This document shows, piece after piece, positions 50,918-61,539 of a DNA stretch of 64,000 nt. The DNA lies in the NCBI RefSeq assembly GCF_006345805.1, contig NC_043000.1:8060001-8124000 (forward strand), given 5' to 3'. How positions within the stretch are numbered: position 1 is the first letter of the stretch; every line of letters begins with the position of its first letter. Under the pieces are notes generated by a model. The model worked only from the letters and a program-made list of their open reading frames with translations, ran no database searches and was not told the origin of the DNA. The translations under genes were made by a program, and so were the position numbers. This DNA comes from Octopus sinensis. Taxonomy: Eukaryota.

Positions 50918-51445
50918 CATACACACATATGTACATATAAATATATATATATATAGATAGATAGAAAGAGAGAGAGACAGCTAGATAGCTTTGATTCTTG
51001 TTTTCTGCTTTAGTTTATGTGTGTGTGTGCATGTGTGTATGTATGTATGTATGTGTGTGTATGTATGTATGTATGTATGTATGTATGTATGTATGTGTGT
51101 ATGTATGTACGTATGTGTGTGTGTGTGTGTGTGTGGTGTGTGTGGAAATTCAGTTGTCAACTGATTTCTTCTTAAGTTTGACAATTTCCATGACAACTGC
51201 AGTTAGATGTGTTGTTATCTTAAAATTCTGCATCTGCTTCACTTCATTTAATGGTATTCAATTACAGCAAATTCTATTATTTTGGTCCACTGTTGGTGCT
51301 GCAAACCTACCTTACAGACACAACATGAAATCATCTTTATATTCTATAGACACATTTTTGTATTTTGTGTTACCATCTATTAGGCAGTGCTACTCCCAAT
51401 GGCAAGTACATTTAATTCTCAGTGATTGAAATGGTCTATCTCTCT

Positions 51446-51489
<44 letters not shown>

Positions 51490-51682
51490 CTGTGTGCATG
51501 TGCATGCATGCACACGTGTGACTGATGTATGTTGTATATACAGCTTGGCTGAGTGGTAAGAAGCTTGCTTCCCAACCACATGGTTCTGGGTTCAGTCTCA
51601 CTATGTGGCACATTGAGCAAGTGTCTTCTAATATAGCCTCAGGCTGACCAAAGCCTCGCGAGCAGATTTGGTAGATGGAAAC

Positions 51683-52865
51683 CGTAGTGCATCCATCCTG
51701 CAATGGACACAAGTGGAGATTAACCAACTCAATCACACTACCCAAAAGACAGTGACAATGCATGGTGTCCTCCACCCTAAGGCAAATGTACACAGGCTCT
51801 ACATGAAAAGGAGTAAAGGTGGACGGGGACTGATTAGCATATGGGAGTGCATGAACACTGGAGGAAGAAAGATGGCAGAATATTTGGTAAGCAGCAAACA
51901 AGACCTGCTACAGTATGCTGCTAATGCAGAAGGATTTAACAAAAATGGAGATGAGAGTGCTCGTGAATTCTGATCAAGGATAGCCAATGAGACAGAAGAA
52001 ACCCTACTCCCCATAGAATTACATGGTCAGTTCCACCGTGAAACCAACAAACTAAAAGACCAGGAAGTATCATGGTGGTGGCTTAACAAGGGCGACCTAA
52101 AAAGAATACTGAAAGCCTAATCATTGCTGCCCAGGACCAGGCATTGAATACCAACTCAATGAAAAGGAATATATACTACACAAGTGCAACGGATCTCTGC
52201 AGAATGTGTGGGAAGAAGGGTCAAAAGAGTGACTTACATTGTTAGTGCTTGTGAAAGTCTTGCACAGAAAGCATACAAGTATAGACATGACAAGGTAGCC
52301 CAAAACCTCCACTGGCTACTATGCCATAGGTATGGATATGAGGTTACAGGTTCTTGGAACCAACATTCACTGGAAAAGGTAATAGACGAAAAGGAGAAGG
52401 TAAAAATCCTCTGGGACTTTGACTTCCAGACAATCAAGATATTAGAGCACTGAAGGCCAGATATAGTAACCTTTAGGAGGGACAAACAGGAGTCCTAATA
52501 ATTGATGTAGCAGTGCCAGATCAACATATCATCATGAAAGAAAGAGAAAAGGTTGATAAATATGGGGACCTGAGAATTGAGATCGCTAAGATGTGGCAGC
52601 TATGAGAGTCAAACATAAAGGTTATCCCTATTGTCATCGGGGCACTGGGTTCAATACCACTCAATCTGAAAAACATCTGCAAACTTTAGAAATGCCCTAC
52701 AATTTAGGTGTATTTCAAAAGTTGGCATTACTTGGAACTGCATGCATATTGCATAAAGTACTATCTGTCCAAGGTTCTTGTAATTTGACAAACTGTACAA
52801 ACCCCCGGTAGACACAGTATTTTCAATCAAAAACCTCACAATATTGTATATTGTGTAACATCTAC

Positions 52866-52903
<38 letters not shown>
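51683..52903 (+). mobile_element. 5'-truncated R4/Dong-clade LINE with (TAA)n tail
   Basis: LHPKANVHRLYMKRSKGGRGL; LHGQF; ESLIIAAQDQAL; CRMCGK..YIVSAC; RHDKVA; KILWDF; RPDI..IDVAVP..EKVDKY; VIPIVIGALG; (TAA)n 52868-52903. Confidence 0.93.
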
Positions 52904-52905
<2 letters not shown>

Positions 52906-53420
52906 GCCCTGATGCAATACCAGGCAGTGACTCTCATGGCTTCTGATCATAACTGATTGGAAGTGTTATCATGTACATTGTTTTGTCTTGGTATAAAAGA
53001 TGGGCTACAGCAAATATTCTGCTCAACACCACAGATTTACTTGTCATTTGCTTGACCTTAACAAGCTGAGCATGTCCCTTGGTGCTGACAATATGAGCAG
53101 AAGTAGCATAGCCATGTGTTGAGAGGAATTCTTTGGAGTTTGAATGATTCACCTCTGGAAACATGGGCGGTTCTTTCAACATCCTTAAACAAACCTTATT
53201 CAGAGACCATTTGAGCAGGATGGCCTACTCGACCTGAAGAAAATTCTAACTGGATCCCACCTGCAAAGTCATGCACTGTTTATCTTTATATGAGATCACC
53301 ATGTTGCACACATACGGTTGTCATGCATGTGCCTGGTGTACCCTTATCAAATAGTTAGTCAAAATGGGTATATTGGGCTTCATATAATTGTACTCCATTA
53401 TCAATCACATTGATGGCATG
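52904..53420 (+). mobile_element. Non-coding repeat family F, copy 1
   Basis: Starts right after (TAA)n; matches 53454-54057; followed by (AAC)n. Confidence 0.7.
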
Positions 53421-53453
53421 TAACAACAACAACAACAACAACAATGATGATGG

Positions 53454-54058
53454 TGATGCAGTACCAGGCATTGGTTCATCTGATTTCTCATCTTTATAAA
53501 GGCGGTGCTCCAGCATGGCCGCAGTCAAATGACTGAAACAAGTAAAAGAGTAAAAGAGAGTTAACTGATTGGAAGTGTTATCATGTACATTGTTTTGTCT
53601 TGGTATAAAAGGTGGTTTACAGCAAATATTCTGCTCAACACCACAGATTTGCTTGTCAGTTGTTTGACCTTAACCAGTTGAGCATGTCCCTTAGTGGCTG
53701 ACGATATGTGCATCTCTGATCACGAGCAGAAGTAGTGGGGAGCATCATAGCCATGTGTTGAGAGCAATTCTTTGGGGGTTTGAATAATTCACGTCTGGAA
53801 ACATAGGTGTTTCATTCATCATCCTTGAACACAAACCTTATTCAGGGACCTTTTGAGTGGGAGGACTACTTGACTTGAAGAAAATTCTAACTTGGCCCCA
53901 GCTGCAAGCTCATGTGCTGTTTATCTTGACATGAGGTCCCCATGTTGTGTGCATGTGGTTGTGTTGCATGTGCCTTGTGTACCCTTATCAGATGGGTAGT
54001 CATGATGGGTATATTTGTACCCCAGTGTCACTTTGTTGGCATGCATTGCTCTCTCCTA

Positions 54059-54121
<63 letters not shown>
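53454..54121 (+). mobile_element. Non-coding repeat family F, copy 2, with (TAA)n tail and an inserted SINE A 3' end
   Basis: Ends GCTCTCTCCTA(AAT)n 54058-54121. Confidence 0.7.
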
Positions 54122-54122
<1 letters not shown>

Positions 54123-54292
54123 GAGGTGGTTTCAAATTTTGCCACAAGGACAGCGGTTTTGGGGGAGAGGATGAGTTGATTACATTGACCCCAGTGTTCA
54201 ACAGGTACTTATTTTATCGACCCTGAAAAGATGAAAGGTAAAATCAACCTTAGCAAAATTTGAACTCAGAATGTAGTGATGGGCGAAATACC

Positions 54293-54521
54293 TATTTCTT
54301 TATTACCCACAAGGGGCTAAACACAGAGGGGACAAACAAGGACAGACATAGGTATTAAGTCAATTACATCAATCCCAGTGTGTAACTGGTACTTAATTTA
54401 TCGACCCCGAAAGGATGAGAGGCAAAGTCGACCTCGGCGGAATTTGAACTCACAACATAACGCAGACGAAATACCGCTAAGCATTTCGCCCGTCGTGCTA
54501 ACGCTTCTGCCAGCTCGCCGC
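54293..54521 (-). mobile_element. Young SINE B nested in an older SINE B
   Basis: 16-bp TSD TGATGGGCGAAATACC at 54277-54292 and 54522-54537; host SINE continues on both sides. Confidence 0.9.
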
Positions 54522-55091
54522 TGATGGGCGAAATACCACTAAGCATTTCATCCGGTGTGCTAACGATAATAATCCTTTCTATTATAGGCACAAGACTTGA
54601 AATTTTGGAGGAATAGTCTAGTTGATTTCTTGATCACTCATCTATTATTTCATCTATCCCAAAAAGGTGGAAGGGAAGACCTTGATGGTATTTGAATTCA
54701 GCATGGAAAGATTAGATGAAAGGCCTGAGTGTCCTGAGTGCTAACAAATCTACCATCTCACTGCCTTATCTGATTTAAATAATGGTAACAAAATTAAATC
54801 TGTTACAAACATACAAGGATCAGATTGTGATGGAATAAAACTAGGCATTTTGTTGCTTCTTCGAAATAAAAAAGAAATTAAGAAGTAGTTTAGTTCTAAA
54901 TTTTAGTTCTACAAAAAGAAAAAAAAATATATTCAAAATATGCAGTAAAGAATTATTGATTCCACATAAACAAGTGCCATTTGTGTTTCATTTGAATAAA
55001 AGAACTTTACTTTATGCCATTCAAACCAATGTAGGTTGCTGAATAAAAATTTTCTCATAAAGAGAATCAATCCCAAAGATACATTCTATAT

Positions 55092-55137
55092 GTTGTACCT
55101 TCATCATCATCATCATCACCACCATCTCCAATGCCAC

Positions 55138-55169
<32 letters not shown>

Positions 55170-55548
55170 CCACCACCACCACCACCACCACTACCACCAT
55201 CACAATTATCATCATGATCATCATTAACATCATCATCATTATCCTCATGATCATCATCATCATGATCATCATCATGATCATCATCATCATAACCATCATC
55301 ATCATCATCGCCATCATGATCATCATCATCAACATCATCACCACAACCCTCATCTCCATCATCATCATCGCTATCATCATAATCATCGTCGCTCTCATCA
55401 TTGGCATCGTTGTTGTCATCATCATTATCATCATCATCATCACTGTCATTGTCATCATTATCATCATCATCATCACTATCTCATTGTTTTCATTGTCATT
55501 ATCAATGTCGTCATCATCATCATTGTTGTCATCATCATCATCATCATT
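55092..55548. repeat. Long imperfect (CAT)n microsatellite
   Basis: About 450 bp of CAT/CAC triplets. Confidence 0.92.
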
Positions 55549-55773
55549 CTGAAGATATTTTTACACTTTATTGGCATGTCTTGGAATACAATCTATCAAA
55601 ATTTATGTCTAGTCTACAATATTGTTACCATCAAATAAATAATAGAGTTAAGATTTAAAAGCAACATTAGCTTATCAAAACTCCTAATTCCGTTTATATT
55701 TCAGAAAATCTCTATAGTGCACTTTTCACTGCTTTCGTAACTTCAAAACCAAATCATGATCATTTACGTGGCT

Positions 55774-55811
<38 letters not shown>

Positions 55812-56188
55812 CATATATATAATAATTTATGTATTTTACTTGCAAAAGGAATAATGAAAAGTGGAGCTTTCAAACATTCTGTCAGTGTAGGTGCCACAAC
55901 TTGGCTTTCAGCCAAAGGTTTACTTACTGAAGAATATATATATATATATACACACATATATATATGCATATATATATATATACACACATATATTATATGC
56001 ATATATAATATATATATATATATACACACATATATATAGCATATATATTACACACATATATATATGCATCATCATCATCATCATCATCGGTTTAACGTCC
56101 GTTCTCCATGCTAGCATGGGTTGGACGGTTCGACCGGGTTCTGGGAAGCCAGAAGGCTGCACCAGGCTCCAGTCTAATTTGGCAATGT

Positions 56189-56226
<38 letters not shown>

Positions 56227-56303
56227 CACACACATATATTATATGCATATATTCATATATACATATGCATATATGCATATATATATATAGACATATATAT
56301 ATA

Positions 56304-56343
<40 letters not shown>

Positions 56344-56601
56344 TATATGATACATATATATATATGCTAGCATGGAAAACGGACGCTAAACGATGATGAT
56401 GATGATGATGATATATATATATATATATAAGCATACTACATACACATACTTTGATTCTATTATCCATGCACATACATGCATACACACACATGAACACATT
56501 TAGATGTATACACACTGCACACATATGTATACATATATGCATATATACATAAATGTATATATATATATATATTATATATACATACACATATATATATAAG
56601 T

Positions 56602-56633
<32 letters not shown>

Positions 56634-57744
56634 TATATATATATATTTATATATGTTTACACACACACACACGCACATATATATCAAAACACACATACAT
56701 ATATGTGTGTTTTTGCATGTATGTGTATATACATATATAAATGTGTTTATGTGTGTGTATGCATGTATGCATATGGATAGTAGAATGTATACGTGTATAC
56801 ATATATGTACCTTTATATATATACTGCTCACACACATACGCCCACTCACCCTAAACCACCACATTTATTTATCAAAAAAAAAAGTAAGTGTCTGTTCATG
56901 CAGACACCCATTCAACCATCAAGCATTACATTGTTTGGCCCCGAAACATTAAAGTATTCCTGTGTCCTGTAATAACTCAGTAAATGATTAAATTGTTATT
57001 CATCACAGCTAAAAGTCAACTCTTCTGGGGAAAAGAATAACCAATTTTTGTGATTAGTTGATGTTTTCCGATGACGCAATTCCCAGTCAGGACCGAGAGA
57101 AGGTTACATATTTTGGTTAGCTTGTTGCATTTAAAGCAATCTATATTTTATATTTGATAGGATTCGCATTCCTGCCAAATAACACAATACAAACCTTAAA
57201 CTATCACGCATAATTTCAGGTGAACGTAACCTCACTTTTGGCAGTTTACCATAATGCACGGATTGATAATCAAATGCTATTTAATTTAATAATTTTGTCT
57301 CTACTATAGCAGTTGAGAAGTCAATATTTTTGGCAAACTTGTAAAGCTGATATACTGAATATTAGTAAAAAGTCCTGATTAAGAAACACAGGATGCAGTA
57401 ATTACACAGTAATAAAAACAATAATCACCCGTTAAGAAATAATGTTTCACCACCCAGTATGTTGTAAAGGGTTACTAATTGGCTGATATGCTAAGTCTAT
57501 AAAAGTAGGATTGATGTTGTGAATGAAATGACATCCAGCTGTAAACTACTCTATCAAAAAACTACAAGTTTATTTCTTACTACATCCTTAGTTTATTTTA
57601 TTAGTCCCTTTTCCCAATAAGTCACACATATGCTAACAGTCAGCTTAAGATGTTTGACATGACTGCTTTGCCTTAGAGAAAAAAAAATACTGGAATGAGA
57701 ATTAATGGTTTTGCAAAACAAAAAATGAGTTTTTATTCATTAGT

Positions 57745-57779
<35 letters not shown>

Positions 57780-58481
57780 TTTGACAGTTTTAATCTATAT
57801 TCTGAACTTTAGATGTTTGACATGAACGTTTTTGCCTTAGAAAAATATAAGAAAAAAAAAAACAGAAACAAAAACAAATTAATGCTTTGCAAAATAAAAA
57901 AGTACACTATAAAAGTATTTATTTATTTTGGGGGAAGTTTTGATATATATTTGTAATTTGTCAGAACATGTCTGTATTTAAGGTAATTTTTTTCTTTAAT
58001 TATGTTATTTTAAATACCAAATGGTTTGCATAAATGTCTTAGTTTTAATTCGTTTGTCATAGCCTAAATAAATTAGCATTCACATTCTGTGTTAAGGAGT
58101 AAATGTGATTTATTTTATCAGTTCTAGAAATATGGAAGTCTAAATCAAATTTGAAGGTGTAAAATGTCCAAGCATAGCAATTAGCCATTTGTCTGTAGAT
58201 TATGGATTTTATTTTTTCCCCTAATTTCTCTCAGTAAGCTAACCATAATTTTCAATTTATATGAGTAATGAGCAGATTGTATGTGACTTGTGTTAGAACT
58301 ACAATTCTGCATGGTAATAATACATGGATCATGAATGCAGGGGATTTCAGTAAACTGGAAAGAAATGAAGAAACATTGAAGGTTGCCTACCTCCCTTTCT
58401 CATTCTCCATCTCTCACTCTCTCTATACACCCTTGCACTCTCCTCCCACACACTCCTGATCCTTCTACTCATCTCATTTCT

Positions 58482-58713
58482 TATTTCTTTATTGCCCACA
58501 AGGGGCTAAACATAGAGGGGACAAACAAGGACAGACAAAAGGATTAAGTCGATTACATCGACCCTAGTGTTTGACTGGTACTTTATTTATCGACCCCAAA
58601 AGGATGTACGGCAAAGTCGACCTCGGTGGAATTTGAACTCAGAACGTAACAGCAGACGAAATACCGCTAAGCATTTTGCCCGGCGTGCTAACGTTTCTGC
58701 CAGTTTGCTGCCT
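58482..58713 (-). mobile_element. SINE family B
   Basis: 16-bp TSD TACTCATCTCATTTCT at 58466-58481 and 58714-58729. Confidence 0.9.
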
Positions 58714-59183
58714 TACTCATCTCATTTCTACCCACCTCATACCTCACAGGTCCATCCTGACACCACTATTTCTTATCATTTTTCAACACCACCCAATCAC
58801 TCTCACCTTCTCTTCTAAAACATAAGTAGTCATGTTGCTCTTCTCCTGCAAGAAACCTTTTCTACTTTGGCCCCTTCTCTCATATTTTTACATCTCATCT
58901 CCTAGCATAAAGCTGCTTCCTTGGGATTCATAATCTTTCAAACTGCTTGGGGACCTCTCTAGTGATTGTGGCATGAAAACATACCCAATACTCCCTGTAA
59001 AGTTGTTAGCATTAGGAAGCGCATCCATCCATAGAAACCGTGATAAAGCAGGCAATGGAGCATGATGGAGTCATTGAGCTCATTGGATCCTGCCAAACTG
59101 TTCCTCCTATGCCAGCATGGAACATGGACATAAAACTGTCCTCAAACATCTTATGCCCCTGTATAATACACACACACACACAC

Positions 59184-59257
<74 letters not shown>

Positions 59258-60210
59258 TCATCATCATCATTGTTTAACATCCGCCTTCTATGCTGGCATG
59301 GGTGGGATGGTTTTACAAGATCTGGCCAGGCAGAAGCCTGCACCAGACTTCTGTGACTGTTCTGGCAGAATTTTTACAGCTGGATGACCTTCTGAACACT
59401 AACCACTTTACACTGTGGAGTGCGTGCTTTTAAGTGGCACCTGCACTAACAGGGTCACCAAGTATTTGCAAGACAGAAAAAAATAAAATCTCGAGAGAGG
59501 AGGTGGAATTGGAGGAGGTAATCTTGTGTTGGATGATGAAAGGTTTTAGTGAGACAGAGAGACAGAAACAGGTGTCTTACTGTAGAAGAAGTACAAGGTT
59601 ACCCAGCCAGAGAGAGAGAGAAAGATATTGGTTAGACTAGGTCTATAGCAGAAGACATTTGCCTAAGGTGCCACACAGTGGGATAGAACTTGAAACCACA
59701 TAGTTGCAAAGTGATCCTCTTAACCACATAAACAAAAAAACAGAAGACAGAGACAGGTAAGGAAACACCTGTTGCCTGCACCTATAATCATGTCTTCAAA
59801 AGGATTAAAGCAAGAAATGTTTATAGTTTTGGTAAGTATTTTGAACATTAAAACAAAATGCTCCAACCAGTATGTGAATAAAGTTACAAGTTTCATCTAT
59901 GGTCTACATTTAAAGTATTGCTAATTAAAATGCAATTTTACTTTTTAAATACTGTTAAATGTTATTCTACCTTCTTGACTTATGAACTTAAAATTCAATA
60001 ACTTATCCATTAGGTATGGCTGTGTGGTTAAGAAGTTTGCTTCCCAACCAAATGGTTTTTGGGTTCGGTCTCACTATGTGACAGCTGGGGTGTCTTCTAC
60101 TAAAGCCTCACACTAATCATAGCCTTAAGAGTGGATATGATAGATGACAACTGAAAGAAGCCAGTTCTGTATATTATATATATATATATATATATATATT
60201 ATTATTATTA

Positions 60211-60239
<29 letters not shown>

Positions 60240-60242
<3 letters not shown>

Positions 60243-60536
60243 GCAGCATGGAAGTTGTTTGTAAGCCATTTAAGAAACACACAAAAGACGTTCAATTCAC
60301 TTTAACATTCAAGTTTAATTTGTCAAAATATTTTCGTTGCTTTAAGACCGCGACCTGTTCATGACAAAAATCCGTGCTGTATCAGATGCAGCACGGATTT
60401 TTGTCAGTTTTGTCAGTGAAAGGTCGCGGTCTTAAAGCGACGAAATATTTTGACAAATTAAACTTGAATGTTAAAGTGAATTGAACGTCTTTTGTGTGTT
60501 TCTTAAATGGCTTACAAACACCTTCCACGCTGCAAT
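60240..60536. repeat. About 297-bp palindrome (1-nt spacer at 60384) of a probable PLE end; each arm carries a variant hammerhead fold
   Basis: Arms complementary over about 145 nt with few differences; arm consensus TTTGTCA GTGAACA G GTCGC..GCGAC GAAA ATATT T TGACAAA. Confidence 0.9.
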
Positions 60537-60646
60537 TGTTTTCGTTTCAGCACACGATCTCAGATCAAATCACTTGCTATGCAAGTACATCTCCATAATA
60601 TTATTATTATTAGATAATAAAATGTATGGAATATTAGCCAAATATA

Positions 60647-60677
<31 letters not shown>

Positions 60678-60696
60678 TATATATATATTTATTATA

Positions 60697-60732
<36 letters not shown>

Positions 60733-61148
60733 GCTGGTATGGCTATGTGGTAAGAAGCTTGCTATCCACCACATGGTTTCAGGTTCAGTCCTACTGTATG
60801 GCACCTTGAGCAAGTGTCTTCTACTATAGCCTCAGGCTGACAAAAGCTTGTGAGTAGATTTGGCTGATGGAAACTGCAAGAAGCCCATTGTATATATATC
60901 ATCATCATCATTTAGCGTCTGCTTTCCATGCTAGCATGGGTTGGACGGGTCAACTGGGGTCTGTGAAGCTGGAAGGCTTTGTCAGACCCAGTCAGATCTG
61001 GCAGTGTTTCTACGGCTGGATGCCCTTCCTAACGCCAACCACTCCGCAAGTGTAGTGGGTGTTTTTATGTGCATATATATATATATGTATGTATATGTAT
61101 ATTATATATATGTGTTATGTATATATATATAGATATATATATGTAGTA

Positions 61149-61192
<44 letters not shown>

Positions 61193-61539
61193 CATATCAT
61201 ATATTATATATATATATATGTATGTATAATATATACATATATATAAATATATATGTATAGAAAATAAATATAAAATATAATTATAAAGTGGACCAGAACG
61301 CAATAACCACAAGAGACGACACAAAAAAACAGATGGTTCACTTGAAGCCTCTAATCTTCATTCGGGAACCGGATCATCTTAGTAATTTCGGCTGTTTAAT
61401 CTCGATATATACATACACATACACACACACATACTCACATATATATATATATATTATATATCATACATATATATATATTATATATATATATATATATAAT
61501 ATATATATTATATATAGACGAAATTGATGTTTTAATAAA

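Noticed and set aside
52904-52990. Possible HDV-like ribozyme at the 5' end of family F
   Set aside because: Only a simple hairpin (TGCCCTG/CAGGCA) was found; I could not build the nested double pseudoknot by eye. An RNArobo/Infernal HDV search would decide
57649-57930. Diverged 162-bp tandem duplication (AGATGTTTGACATGA...)
   Set aside because: Ordinary local duplication in AT-rich sequence with no further structure
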